Assembly (NCBI RefSeq): GCF_001949145.1
Contig: NW_019091360.1
Location: 3,222,864 to 3,286,863 of the forward strand
Direction of reading: 5' to 3'
From: Acanthaster planci
Taxonomy: Eukaryota
Length of the DNA stretch: 64,000 nt
The translations under genes and the position numbers were made by a program. The number at the start of each line of letters is the position of its first letter. Within the stretch, counting starts at the first letter, position 1. The notes beneath the pieces are model-generated. The model did not search any database. It was given only the letters and a program-made list of their open reading frames with translations, and was not told the origin of the DNA. This document shows positions 1-15,200 of this stretch, one piece after another.

Positions 1-141
1 CGATGTACACGTTGAAGCAACCTCCTCTATTTTGGAACAGAAGAGGGGTGGACTTATCCAAAATGACAACGGCCTTTGTTCCACACAACTAACGTTCCAA
101 CTGCACATCCCAGTTTCAAAGTTGCTCTCTTTTCCACTCAC

Positions 142-288
142 TTATTGTTCGTCCTGTCTGTCGGCCATTGCTTGCTGCAGTCAAGGTGACAACGTAGCTA
201 TCCTCAATCCCCACTGGGTTATTCCAATACAGACTCATTGATGATGTTGTTGTGTTGAACAAACGGATGGCAGAAACCTTGCTGGGCT
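142..288 (-). CDS. FN3 exon, D57 N-terminal half
   Basis: CAG acceptor, GTGAG donor; PSKVSAIRLFNTTTSSMSLYWNNPVGIEDSYVVTL; not in ORF track. Confidence 0.85.
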
Positions 289-3200
289 CTGAAAACAGTC
301 AGTCAAATCAACTAAGCAATAGCTGGCAAGTGCAGGCTTATGGGCAGAACAGTATTCAAATATAACATGGTCTCAGGGTGGACGGTCAATGTTAACTCCC
401 GCAGTACTAGAAATCGACAAACTAGTTTCTGAAGTGAAAGGAGCTTCAACTATAAATGGGCACCGACTGACTATATAACCACAATAAACCACTTGATAAT
501 TGATGTATTTCACATCCATGCATAGTCAGTTGCTATGACAATTTCAGGCATCATTTGAATGCTGAGCAACAGTTAGATGTGCTGCCATCTAGCATGATGC
601 TTGCAAAGTGTGAACATTATCAAGCTTCATAAAGCACGCGCATAGTTGACTGTATCTTGGTTGGCCAGGGAACAGTTTACAATGCTTGAGTATTAGAACT
701 TATGCGGGGGACCCATGAGTGTATCCCTGGTAAAAAGTGACTCGCACACGATGGTTGGAGGTTCGAATCCAGCTGCTGGCGGTATGTTGTGGCCCTTGGC
801 AAGCCACTTCACCCTGGCTTGAATCTCTCCATCCAGGAGTATAAATGGATACCAGCATTAGCTGGGGAAGCCATGCACCTACGATGGACAGGCATCCCAT
901 CCAGGGGGAATAGAAAAGTTGTCAGTCGTTTCATGCCAAGGAAACCGGAGATAAACATCAGCCTGATGAGCCAAATCGACTTGAACCAGACTTGTACAGC
1001 AAATGATGGTGAATTGACCAGTTTAATATCGGCTCTTAGTTATGACTATGTATGAGATACGATAACGGGAATTTTACATTTGAAGAAAAAGATGTGGTCT
1101 TAGAATTTAAGTTTTTGACACTGGGTAGGAATCTGCATTCCCTGGAAGGAAAGATGAAGATGTCCACAAGTACTGACTACATTTTTGAGAGGTTAACCTT
1201 AATTTAGGACTTGGAAATATTGAATTACAATTCCAGTTCTGAAAGACCCGGCAGCTGCACTTACTGAGTCGCTGTACAGTGACACTGAGGGCATCAGAGG
1301 TGATCACACCCCTCAGGGTGGTGCGGAGAGTGAGGGTGTATTCCTGTCCTGGGTCTAGGCCATACAGCCGAAGGGACCGCGGGGTGTAGTCCTTGGGGAA
1401 GCTCCGGGGAGACACGATGGTACCAGGACGGAAGACATAGGGGCTGTAGCTGATCTGGTAGTGGTCAAAGCTACCGCTGGTCAGGGCCTCCCATTCCACA
1501 ACCAGCTCGGTGTCGGTGTAAGACCTCACCCGAAGGTTCAGCGGGGTCACTGGGAGGAATCAAAGGGCAAAGAAACAAATTACAACCTGGAGTGGGTCTC
1601 AGTTAAAGCTGCTCTGACTAAAAACACCTCATTCATCTACAATGAAGAGATGGGTGGGGAAAAAAAGTCAACTTAGTGTACTGTACACATGCAAAGACAT
1701 GCAGGGTCAGAGTGGAAATGAGGGTCAAAGGTTAAAGAAACAAATTGTCGCATTCTTTTCCTCCGTATCAATGCAATTACCTCACAAAAGTTGACCTTTT
1801 AGGTTTGAACTGACACAGAAGTACGTGTATATTTTATCAGTTCATATGAGCTGGTTTGGTACTTCAATTGTGCATGTTCCAAACCTAGCAAACTGGAGGT
1901 CATTAAGTACACATTAGATCAGCCTTTACAGAGCACTTACACGCATTTACCATCTTCAAATTGGTGAGAGATGAGGTGCTTTCTTCTAAAATGATCTTGC
2001 ATCAGTGAAATACTGAGCTGGTTCCAAGACAGAGAAGCAGATCACTGGAGCAACCCCTCCCCCAGGAAAATCATCAAGGTTGGAACTCACCGTTTCTCAA
2101 CGTCGCGGTGGTGCTTGTTGTCCGAATCTGGCCAGTACCAGTCCCCGAGATGGCTTCCAGTGAGAACGTGTACTGAGTGTTGGAACGCAGGTTGCTAATG
2201 GTGCGTCGCAGCGGCTGTTCAGAGGCCACAATCTCAATGGGTGGGATTGGCATTCCAATGGCCGGGTCATAGGTCAATCGATACAGGTGCACGATGTTAC
2301 TGGGGGGCGGTGCCCACTCTACTGTGATGTAATCGGACCGAGCGTCGACCACACGGAAATTTGTGGGTGGCATGGGTCCTAAGTGGATCAAACAGAAAAA
2401 AACAGGGAGGCAGAATAAAAACTGCAACAGTAGCTATATATATATGCGGCATTATCATTTAGTGCGCATCATGCCTTGTTGCTCATATGATAACAGCCCT
2501 CAATTCTTTAGAAAGAATAGAAAAATCACTGTAACTCGCCCTGAGTGAAAGGCCCTAAAGCTTGTTACTCAGAGTAACAGGCCTTCTGTTTTGTAAAGTG
2601 GTCAAGACTAGAACTTTACTCAGACTTTCAATATCCTAATGGATTCATTTAAGAAAATATAAAATGTGAGTGACACATCAACCTCTTCATGAGCACGCAG
2701 ATGCTCCACAACATAAATGTTATTTTAGGATGGTGTGCAGAAATTCACACAGGTACAACAGTCAACACTGCTTTGCTATGACATTCTCTGGACTTCAACA
2801 GGACTTTGCCGTTTTGACCAAACAAATCTTCACTTTGCAGCATCCTTTAAAAACACCCCCACAAAGATAAACCAGCCTGCAGGGCAGCAATGGTTGAATG
2901 GTTTAAGTTAGCTCAATCACTGATGTAACCGGGTCATTCCATGAGGTTGGGGCACAATTTGTGGCGCTGTCCATTGTTACATGGGTTCCGTAAAAAAGAA
3001 CAGCTATTTCCCTGCATGTGGATACATCTTGCAAGGCTGAATAAAGAGGTGTGTGTTATTTTTACAGAGTAAATGCCCTCTCTACAGGTCATGACAGGTG
3101 ATAAAAGTTACCAATGTAACAAGGACAAATTGTGCCCCAACCTCATAGAATGACCCAAGTATACAAGCAGCAATTATCAAATTCAATCTGGAATCTTATC

Positions 3201-6200
3201 ATTATCAGAAGACGGGGCTTACTTGTTCGCTGGTTCCTGGACTGTTCCTCGCATGCCAATCCATCCAAGCTGACGTAGAAGATGTACTCCTCCCCAGGGA
3301 TGAGATCCTGGAAGGTGAACTCCGGGTTGGGATCGGTGATGCCCACCACTGGGAACACTACCTCATCTGAGCCGTCAAGTCTGGTCCGCCTCAGTCGATA
3401 TCTGGTATTAGGAAGGAAAAGGTTGGGATAGATATGAAGTACTTCAAATATTCGTGCTTGGTTATGATGTGGTCGTATTTTCAAAGCCCAGAAGGTGGTG
3501 AAAGGTCATTTTGTTGTTGTCATGAAACTGTAAATTACTGACCAAGAAGATCTGAAAGACGAAGAAACATTAACAAGAAGGAATGTTAAATTACTAGACT
3601 TGGAAGAAACACACCCAGTTCCTATTCAAGAGGTTATTTTCTGAGATGAATTTGTTATGACCCTGGCAAAAATTAACTGGAAATCTGCCCATCAACCCTT
3701 TCTCTGATATCCTCACAATGCAATTTTTGTGCTTGCAGAACGTTCAGAAATTTGTCCAGTCATAACCATCATTTTCACACCAATTCATCATGAGAATTTG
3801 ACATACGCAAACAATGCGGACACACATGAGGTCATGAACTTTAAATGACCACAACAACAAAAAACTCCTATGCTGGATTGAATTGAAACTTTGCAGATGT
3901 ACTCCTAATGAATGGGTTAAATGCACGCCAGCTTTCAAAAAGACTGGGCACTGGACAACTGAGACTTTACGGGAATCCAACCCCAGCTATGAGATGATCT
4001 AAACAACTAAAGTTCTTTTAGAGTCAAATCATCAGCTTTCAAAGGCATTCTTAAGAGTATCAATCATTGATGAGCGTCATGTTGCTGTGTTGGTTGTCCT
4101 ATGCTGTGTAGTTAAAAACAGTGGCATTTCCGAATTTGAGGTTTGTTTTTTGGCTAGCTTTCTGTCATTTTGTAAGAGCCAGTCACACGTGGCACACACA
4201 ATGCGGCAACCTTACAGCTGTGCAAGAACTGACCACGAATCTGTCATAACTAATGCACACTGTGCCGAACCTTGCCTAAAAACAGGTCTTTCTAAACCTA
4301 CACTGGGAGTTTTTCACAAAACGTGGCAGCTAAAAACTTTTTTCTTACGTGGTGACAGTGCTAAGTGTAAACCAGTTGATGGTGACACTTGTTTCATCGA
4401 AAGTCCCAATCCTAAGGTCGCATGGATCGGCCTCAGCTGTAAGTGGGAGGATCAAAGGGCAAAGGTCACATTCTAGCATCACTGTACAAATGTAGAAATT
4501 TTAGGAAGAGTTTGCCAAATCTCATGTTAGATCCTGCACCGAAGATATCCTTTATGTCATATGATAATAATGGGTGTTTGTGTAAGGGTACGCATCAGGT
4601 TTAAACGGTGCTCGTCGCACTACATGATTATTACCCCTGCTCATCAGGCCCATAAATATTCCTCCCATCATCTCAGCTTCCTGGGGTGATTACAGCTTGA
4701 TGCTGCCATTTCAGGTGCAGACAAATACAATAACTATCTTTGACCTTATACATATCCATTTATACCCCTGGTTGGAAAGAGACAAATGGGAGGAATGTGA
4801 TTTGCCTTAGGTGACAACATATAGCTAGCAGCCGGATTCGAACCCAAAACCCTATGTTTGGGGGTTACAAATACATGCCTTCAGTTCCTATGGCTGGACT
4901 ACTTGACGTAGTGAAGGCAGAACGTAAAGTCTTAGGGAATTTGGAATACAATTGACATTATATTGACTAGAAAGACGTAACGTGCAAAAGATACAGATGT
5001 AAATGTTTCTTACCGGTGTCTTGCTCTAGAGGTGTAGCAGGCAAGCTTTCCAACTCCCCGACGTAGGAGTACAACTTGATGTAGTACCTGGTGGATGGCT
5101 CCAGACCAGTCAGTCGAACCTCCCTGCCCTTACCACTGTCAAAGGGGGTGGGCACTGTACCTCTGGGGACATGGCAGATTCGGTAGCCCTCAAAGCTTCC
5201 ACTGACTTCATTCCAGGTTAAGGTCATGGCGTTCTTGGTGATGCCGGATGCAATGGGGTTAGTTGGAGTGTTAGGTCCTGAGATTCAAAAAGTATGACGT
5301 TTTGGTTTTGTTCATTTCACAATTGTAGAGCAATTTTGCAAGATTTCTCTTTTTTGTCTGCTTTTGTAAATACAGCACTGACCTTATCTATTGGTCCTTA
5401 CACTGCTCTGTGCAGACTAGAGTTTCTTACTCAAAGCAGAAGGATTAAGCCAGGTTTGGAATTGAAGGACCTGCTTAAGTAGCCGCATCAAAAGCCTACA
5501 AATATCATCACTTATGAGTTGAATATTTCACATCACAGTTCTGCATACTATGTTTCTATCAGACTTTGTTTCCTTTGGAGGTGACAAAGGTGGCATGGGT
5601 TGGGGTGAGAGGGTAGGAGTTGCTTCAGGGTGTGGCTTTTTACTACTGACTAATGGTAATACAGACGGGTGGCATGGAGGTGAGTGGGCAGGTGTATGGC
5701 AGGAGGGTGTGGTCTATGCACCCTGTGTAATGTCCTGCAGGTAGACTTAACTTTGGTGGTGTGGACAGTTCTGAGGTGGCAATAAAGTGGGCTGGACAAA
5801 AGAGGGGCGGATGGGTGGAGTCAGTAGGGTGGGGTCTTAATTGGAGGGCACAGCTAATATGTAGGGTGTGGTTGGATGAAAGGTGATAATTGGAAGGTGT
5901 AGCCAATATGGAGGGTGTGATGTGGGTGAGTTTGTTTCTGCATTCAAATGGGGACCCTGAACAATAGAGGACAATAAGGTCCCCGATTGACAGAGGGTCC
6001 CCGATTGACAATTGGTACAAAACATATGAGTGGTCTTCTAAAAAAGTCAAAGTACAAACAAAAGAGGAACAATAGGGGGTCCCCAGTTGCAGGCAAATAC
6101 ACACTTGTGTGTGTGTGTGGGGGGGATAGGGTCATATTGGAGGGTGTGTGAGATGCAGATTATGGGATAGAGTCATATTGGAGGGTGTGTGAGATGCAGA

Positions 6201-9200
6201 TTGTGGGATAGGGTCATATTGGAGGGTGTGTGAGATGCAGATTGTGGGATAGGGTCATATTGGAGGGTGTGTGAGATGCAGATTGTGGGATAGGGTCATA
6301 TGGGTGTGTGCGTGGGCTTTGGGTGTGGGATAGGGTCAGAAATGGCAGGTGTGGCCCACTGCAGACAGAACTTACTTGTGGTCTTGGAGTAGACTTCCTG
6401 GACCGTTTGCGATCCACCTTGCTGGGCCAAGGTGATAGTGTGTTGGGTGCCAGGCTGCAGTCCTGTAAACCTGATTCGTCGTTGGCCTGTCCTGGAGATC
6501 AGTGTAGTGGCTGGGGTAGCCCCTACCGGCTCATAGGTCACAAGGTAGTTGGTGAAGTCACCCTCACCAGGATGCCATGATATCTCAATCGCATTTGACT
6601 GGACGTCCACAACACTCACTCCCAAAGGCACTGCAGCCGCTGTTCATGGTAACACCAAAACAGAAACAGGACCAGGTCATTACAGAACAGCTGCTTGTAA
6701 AAGAGGTGATTTCTCGGTCGTGACATAAATGGCATGATCTGACATTTGGGTAGAGTACATTAAAATTTAATGCTTAAAGATGAATCCGTCCTTCTCAGAC
6801 CAGAAATCAAAAAGGCTTGATGTATTTGTAGCTTTAACAGAAGAATCAAAGGACATTCATAAAAACAGTCCTTATATGACCAACAGCAGGCATGCCTGTT
6901 TTGATTGACACATTGGAGCTATTGCCAAAATGCGCCTTTTCCCAGGGTTTTGCTCGCATGGCAAGATGAGACAGGTTTGTGCACATTTGAGCGAAAATTG
7001 GCCGCACAGCACTGACACATCTGAACAAGTGTGAGTTGGTATTGTTGCCTTTCCTCAGCTATTTCAAGGGGCAATTCCAGCAAGGAGCCCACGGCTGTGC
7101 TGAACAGTAATTAAAGTGTTGCAGCTTGGTGTCTGACCAAGAGCTTTTTAACAGCCAACAGGGATAGAGTTCCTGTTGAAGCTAGAACTCACCTGACTGA
7201 TATCGAGTGATCGCTTCTGCTGTACTCCGTCCGTCATCGAGGATGTGCACAAGGACCACTTCGTAAACAGTGCTAGGTTGCAGTTCATGTATAGGGTACC
7301 TGGCACAGCCGTCACGTCCGCCACAAACTTTCCGAGTGACCCGCAGGCCTCCTCCGTTCACGGAGGGGACTCGAAGCCACAGACAGAAACGGCCATCATA
7401 GGGAGTGAACGAGACCACTACAGTTGTGTCTTTGATGTTGGTTAGGGTTGGATTGTTGGGAGGTGGCAAACCTGGACATTTTGTTAAAGAAAAATTAGAA
7501 GTTAATAATTCAAAAATAAATATGGTTAACACGAGTTGGTAGCCTGTGAAATATCTTGGGGTTTGAACTTAAGATCATGGAGGGTTCTTTGGAAGTGATT
7601 CAGGACTGTGGGATTATGATGTCTGTGTCCTTGTGCAAGATACTTTGCCACTAGCTACTTCTCCCAATATCAGAGTCAATTGGTACTCATCAAAATAAAA
7701 CAAAACAAGGCGCTTGAATGTAAAAAAATGACAAAATAGAACTGTATACTCCCCGTAATGTATACTCCCCTGTGAGACTCATAATGTCTCACAGGTATGA
7801 TGAGCAGAGGTAACAAATTGAGGAATAACCATATGTGCTGCTCAACAGATATAATTGAGCAAATCAAGACTGTGCACTCATTACTGCTTAACCCCTTCAT
7901 GGCGGGATTATTTTGACCGTGAACTGCTGGGCTGTGGTGTGCCCTGAATGGAGGGCTCTGTCCAGCAGCAGGCCCCGTTGAATCAGCAGCTGCATGGTGA
8001 ATAGACTGTATGTATGGTAAGCACTAATCCTCGCACAACGGTGCGGTGTCAGGAGCAGTCCTCCGTATTGAAGGGGTTAAACAACTTATTTTAATCTATT
8101 CCAGATGTGAGGCATTGCATATGAAGATTTCTTCTGGTAAAAATGTCATTGAGAATCCCGGAGAAACAGAACATAAATTGAAAAAAGCGGAATAGTTAGC
8201 TGCACTTTCGTACTTACGAGTGCGATTTACTGTCATATCTGTGCCCAAGATCTGATCCCCCAACTTTGCTGTGATGGTAATGGTATAATCAGTGTCTGGC
8301 ATCAGACCCTCCAGAACCAGGTACCGTAATGCAGATGCAACCTTGATCGTTGGGTTGGCGGTGTTACCCATCATCGGGCTGTATGACACCTCAACTGTAT
8401 CGGCAGTCGCTGGAGGATTGCCCCAGGTGAGCCTGATGACAGTGTCCGTGACTGAGCCCGTCAGCAAATTGAAACCAGCCGCAACTGCACAAACAAATAA
8501 CACCGGTTCCCTGTTAATGTCACAATGGAGGGATATCGCATGTTTTTCAATGGTCACTTGTCATGTGAAAGGAACTGTCACCGAGTACCAGTTGCAAGGA
8601 AACCACTGACGTCATGCAGGGGAGTATCCAGCAGCGGGAGTAAGGAGGCATGGTCCCCCTTGATGTTTTGATCTTTTCTTTTTCTAAATGCCACCATTTT
8701 AGAAAAAGTACCACCAACTTTCAGGCAGGGGAAAGATTGTTTGAAGGATGAAAAAAATTAGACAGTTATTTTTGGACACAACAATCCGTTTTGGCACCCC
8801 CCTGGCCCAAGGCATTACTGTGTCACTAGTGACAGTGAGACGCAGCCTTGCTTTCTTAGACGTGGAGTAAGTCTAGAGACAAGACAGTGCAGGAGAGACA
8901 CTTCTCTCTGATACACCCTCTGGCTTAGGATCAACTCATTGCAATATGAGTGTGAATATTGAGCGGTTTTGACAAGTAAGAGTTCAACAAACTGTGTTCG
9001 ATGCAGAGCAACAGGAACGTAATGTCATCAGGAAGAGAAACTGGGTGTTGTGTGAAGGCAATTTTCTATTTCAATTAAAATCAAATGAATGGGCCCTCAC
9101 ACTCATCTCATGGGCCCTGTCTGAAATCTGTCCCCACTGATGCACATCTCTTGCATGCAGTAACAGGTTGAATTAACAATATGAGAATATGTAAATGAAA

Positions 9201-12200
9201 CAAACATCTGGATCATGATGTACTTCGGACAAATGTGAAGGAATGTATACTTGTTTTTACATTTAATCAATCCTTCAAAATGGATCTCTAAATCTAAGCA
9301 TTTCATTTTGAAGAGGGGAAAAGAAAGATTGAGACACACTGTCTGACAAACTAACCAGTTGAAACATCACGAATCAATGGAGAGCCGAGTTCTCGGAGCT
9401 GCGACGGACCCCGGACAGTCCGCAACGTGAAGGTGTACATGAGTCCGGGAATGAGATCGTCCAGGGTCACACTGATGAAGTCCTTGGGGACATGGACGGG
9501 CGAGGATGGGCTACCAATGTCGTTTGGGCTGTACGACAGCTCATAGGCGTCAAAGTTGTCCCTGTCCGGGGCATCCCAGAGAAGCTGGATGGACTGTTCG
9601 CTGATGTTTCCAGGTCGCAAGTTGGTGGGGTTAGGAATGCTCATGTCCACATCTACTCACAATAGACAAATCAATGGCAACTATTAGATACGACTCGGCA
9701 TTTCAAGATCAGACTTGAAAAAAGCGCGCATTTTAAATAAACCTGAAGGGGTTAACAGATAACGACATGCAAAAGTGTACGTCTCTTGGGAAGTATTTTA
9801 AGAACAAATTCTCGTCACATGTAGGTGACAAAAGTAAGTATTGTTACTGTTCACCAGTGCTTTTCTGCTCAAATTCATGGCTGCATGAACTATCTACTTT
9901 TGAGCTACAGAATAAATGAATTGGTGGAAAGCTAAAAGTTCAACAATTCTGGATAAATTTTTCCTTTTTATGGAGGCTTGATGCCACAAGACTCAAGCCT
10001 TACCTGTTCTGACTGTGATCGTTTGTTTCTCACTCAGTATTCTATTGTCACCAGTCCCCGCAACAGTGGCTACACTGATGATATGTGGAGTATCCGGCCG
10101 GCGACCAGTGAGGCCATAGGATGTGACAGTGCGACTAAGGGGGACCGTGCCTGCCTGGCCTGAGGAGTCCGTGTAACATAGCTAGTGGGGGGAATGGATT
10201 TATGAGAATTGAAGAAAACCTTCCTCAAAATAAAGTGAGGAATGGCTAGAATCTACAGGACACAGATGATAATATTTTCAAAATTACTCAAAAGTGAGAT
10301 ATGACTTATTGCACTTGCACAACAGTGTGCATTTTTTATTAACCCCTTGACGACGGGAATTTCTTCCCGAAAGCCAACTCCAAGAATTCCAGCCTCGCTT
10401 GGCCACGAAGGCCACCTGCCAAACTGCAAATTCTCGGTTTGTGGCCCTGCATGCTCTACACGGTTTGAATTACACAGTGAAAAGGCTGATTGTTTGCTGG
10501 CATGCTGCTCTACTCACCCTTCCACATTCCCGTTGCCTAATAGCTGAAAAGGGGGCTGAGGATCTCAATTTTTACAGCCGCCTCCCGGCGCAAAGGGGTT
10601 AAGAAACAGCAAAATGAACGATGCCGTTACAAAAAGTGGGGAATTTCAGAGCATTCTTCGAGAAAAAATTTATATTCTCTTTAAATTATAATGATATATG
10701 AGAAGTAGAACACAAGTAATCTCAGGAAAAGTCATGCAGTGGTTCTGATCTTTAGCTCACTTCTATTTGTGACACTGCACAAGGACAGGGTGCTCTTCTT
10801 GACCTACCTCGTAACCAGTGACTTCTGATTGAGGGACAGACTCCCAGGAGACTGTGATTTCTCTGTCGGTCTTGGTTGTTACAGTAGGTGGGTTGGCCAA
10901 CTTCAGAGGCCCTGCAGAAAAAAAGTTGCAATCAAAGCATGAAGTTTCTATTTCCATTCCATCTCAGGCTAAAATTCAAATGCACTCGGAATTTGGTACC
11001 AAAAGTCAAGCAAAGTCAACACTAGTTCGTCACATGATATCGCAAACCGTCTGAAGTCAGTCACATGACATCACAACTCAGTCAATTAAATGTCAACAAC
11101 AAGACATCCCATATTAATCACAAAATCAATTACAAGACATTACACATCATGACAAGTCAGTCACATGATTTCACAAGTCAGTCGCACCACGTCCAGACTC
11201 GGTCACATGATATCACTAGTCTGTCACAACATATCACACAACATTGCACGTCAATTCAAAGTCAGCCAGTCTCAGTTCAATACTGCTCAGCTTCTATATG
11301 AACTTTGACACGGACATTCCTTTTCTTGTGATCAACCTGTGATCAGTTCAGCAACAACCTCTGGCTCATGGACTCTGCTTTTTTTTTTCCCCTTCACTTA
11401 CTTGTTCTTTGTTCTTTCTGATCACTCCCACCCTGGTAGCTCAGTGTGACTGTGTACAGCACGCCGGGGTGTAAACTCGGTATGGTGTATTCGTGGGTAC
11501 CAATCGTGGGCTGTATTGTGGCTGAGCCATCATTAGGTGTCCACTGCACGGTGTACTGAGTAGCAACAGCAACATGCTCCCAGAACAAGGCAATCTCAGA
11601 TGTCGTGACATCACCAAAGGAGATGTTCCCAACTGCAGGAAGCGCTGTGGGGCAATATGAGTTTGGATTTGCTGATCATTAAGCACGGAAACATTTTCTC
11701 CTTCGAGAAAATAAGTGTACGACACTAAACAAAACAAAAACACACATTCAGGTGGCCAACAAGGGCCCCCCCGAGCAAAAATTTGTTCCTAAAATAATGA
11801 AAGAAAAGTGATTAGTTTAGTCCAATCCGTTTCCCTTCAAAAAGTGTGCGAAAAGCCCCAACATGTGGCCTCACCCGATACAAAGACCAACAAAGGTTAT
11901 AACTGTTTGATGAACTCACCCGTCATGAAGTCAAATGATATGCCGTTGCTCCGCTGGTCCCCGCTGCCTGTACGCAGTGTGACGTTGTAGCGGGTACCTG
12001 GCATCAAACCGGTCAGGCTGATTACTGGGCAAGCGTCCATGGGCAGTAGGATCTCGACCTGAAGTGGTGTGCCTGCCCCAGCCCCGCTCGCAGCGTTGGC
12101 CACGTTCAGGAAGAACTTATCAACTAAGCCGGCGAAGTTGGAGAGATCAATGCTGATTTCAGCACCATGGGAATTTGGGTTGACACTCACTACATTGACG

Positions 12201-15200
12201 TTAATGTCAACAGGCTCTGATATTAAAACAGAAGTACAATACGAGCCGTCAAAAATGCTTGTACATTGCTCAACGGAAGATTTGCTCTGCATGCTAAAAC
12301 TGAAGTACTGCAAATAAAGAATATTTTTTTTTAGCAAAGTCTAACCTACACACAACTTTTGCTTCACAATATGTGCGTTTATACACTTGACATTTCAACG
12401 ACTCTGACACTTCCCAAATTCCTTCATTGTGAAAACCATCGTTCAGAACAATCCAATACAAACTATCACTCCATACCGCATGAAACTCCAGCATGAATGG
12501 AAGTCCATCAAATTAGAAACAAAGAAAACAACAGAAATTACAAATATACCGATGTTAAAAAATGTGGGCAGGTTATGCTGACGTGATAAAAATCATTACA
12601 AAACCTCAGGAGAAAATTTACCTTAGTCTACAACCCCCCCCCATAAACATAAGCAACTTAAAGGGTCCTGGGGATTGCATTTTTTAAGCAAGTTTTGTTC
12701 AACTTTCTATTTCTTTAATTGGAATGAAAACTGCTTTATATCCCGTCTGGGTTAGGTGTGTATTGAAACGTGCACTTTTTAAATGCTTAAGTTTGTCTGT
12801 GCCTTTCTCAGAAACCTGAGGGTGGTGTCCCTGTGATGTCAATGAGGGAAGACATTTGTTATTTCATGGGTTTTGGAAACTGTGACACCAAAAAAAAAAT
12901 GCATTTTCAAAGGCTGTATTTAAACCAGTAGGATTGCGTAGACCCTTTGAAAGTTATGCGACCTGTTTTCCATGACTACAAACCCAGGTCTGGGAAAGGG
13001 TTGAGACTTACTCAGTCGGTAAGACGTGCGTCCGTATGGCGTGATGGTACCAGCTGCATTTACTGTGTTGACTATTAGCCTGTAGTTCTGCCCGGGGGTC
13101 AGGCCATCCAGGCGTTTGGATGGGCTATCGGACGTAGGGACGAAGGTCGACGAGTCCTGCACACCATCATCAGGGTTGTAGATGAACTGGTACTGCGTGA
13201 TGGGGTTGGTAGAAGGCGTCCACATGACATTGATGGTTGTATCAAGAAGCACTCCAACCGTGATCACAACCGGCTCTGTAGTGAGGTAGGAGAAAGCAAC
13301 GCTATCACGGACCATCACAGAGTGTCAAAAACTAACACAGACAGTCACAGACTGTCACAGACTGCTAGCCCGATTTTTTGTTGAAAGTCACAGAACACTG
13401 AACACTGTTTCAAATATAAACAGTAAAAATAGACTTTCACTTTCTTCCAATCTACATCAAATCTCCATTCACATGTAGGCATTTATAAATCGGAGCAAAG
13501 ACATTTACTTCAGGCTTCCTGGCTGAACTCGTTTCCAAAACCCATCAATTGTAGCCATAAAAATCAGGCCAATCAGAGCAAAAACTGACACAAATCAGTA
13601 ATCACGGGTAAATCAATAACAACAGAATATTGTTAATATGTCAGTCATTTCCGCTAAATATCATTCATCTGTGGTTTGGTTTTGATTGTCCCAACCTGTG
13701 GTTCTTGTCACAGACATTGGGCTGCTAATGGTCTGGTCTTGGCCCAATCCTGCCAATGTCCGAACAGTGACCACGTATTCAGTCTCTGGCATGAGGTTCT
13801 CCAGTGTTGCGGACAGCACAGTGGGGCCCTGGGTGAACTGACTGATTACGAGCCCACTGGAGAGGGACAGGGAGACTTGATAGCCACTGACGAAGCCAAC
13901 TGCTTCCTGCCAAAAGACAGTTAGGATGGACTGGCTGACCTCAGCAATCCGGAGATTCCTTGGCGGAGCAGCAGCTGAAATGAAGCACACAGACAGACAC
14001 AAAGTCAGGTCAACCACTCGTCGACAGTATTCCTTTGCAATGAACTGGTTCCAAGCACAGTATTATTGTAGGCTGATGGTTTAGACTAATATATCGTAAT
14101 CACCTTTACAAGGTTGGACTTTACACGTTGACCCTTGGTGGTCATCAGTTCAACATTTCTCACTGTTTTGAACTCAGACGCAATATTGCAGAGCGATATT
14201 CGCTACAATGCCCTGCAATGGCCCATAACTGCTTTAGGGCTCCCGACAGGCTCAACTTCCACGAACTAGTTCAATGCCTGTGTGTGTGTGTATGAACTCC
14301 AATGGAATCACTCAAGCGTGGGGGAGAGTATAGATATCACCAGGTCCCACATACAGAATCTGCCCCAATGTGTTTAAATGTTCTCCATGCTTGTTTTCAT
14401 GTCATCTAGCGTGGGGTGGTTCAAGACACACTGCCCTGGTTCTGACATGAGAACCAACTGAGATTTACAAAAGATCTCAACTCCAATTTCTATGTACTCA
14501 TCAGGTCAACATTTCTAAAAAAAAAGCAGGCTCCTACAAGGAAGTGGATACATTTTGCAAAATGGTCCAAGGAATTTTGCAAATGCTTAATAACCTCAAA
14601 AATGGCTGTAGTAAAATAGCAGAACACACAAAACCCAAACAGGATTCATGTGAAATAATTATAACAAGAAATGTCTGTGTTTTCTCCAGAATTCAAGAGG
14701 AGAGCTTGTTAAGTTTAAAATGTGTGCAACTTGAGTTGACTTTAGTTTATAGTAAGCAATAAAATCTGTATGCAAATAAGGGCTAACACTGTTGTGTTCA
14801 ACTTTTGCTAAGAAAGTAAATTTGGCTAATAAATTTTGTGATAAATTGAGTATACTTGTGCTAGGCCGATATGATCTCAAGAATAAGACAAACATCCTTT
14901 GTGGCAAAACAAAAGTAAGATGCTGACGTTAATATAAAGTGGGCTTTTTTGGGGGGTATATAACTGACAGGGTAGCACTGGCTTTTCAACTCACTGGATC
15001 TGAAGGCGCGGTTTCGACTTTCCAAGCCATTAACATCAGTCACCTCCACAAAGAGGACATAAGCAGTGCCTGGCTGCAAACTATTAAACGTGTATTGCAA
15101 GTTGCTCCCGAGGGGCAAAAAGGTCGTCTGCAGGGGTGTGGAGGTACTGGGTAGCCTGAGGCTCACAAGATAGCCAGTTGCTGATGAGTACCTGGTCCTG

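Noticed and set aside
6124..6301. 41-bp repeats here and at 25327-25478 as CRISPR arrays
   Set aside because: Head-to-tail units with no unique spacers, no cas genes, eukaryotic intron context.
11030..11280. Degenerate GTCACATGA-rich stretch as a regulatory E-box cluster
   Set aside because: Looks like decayed low-complexity repeat; no evidence of function from sequence alone.
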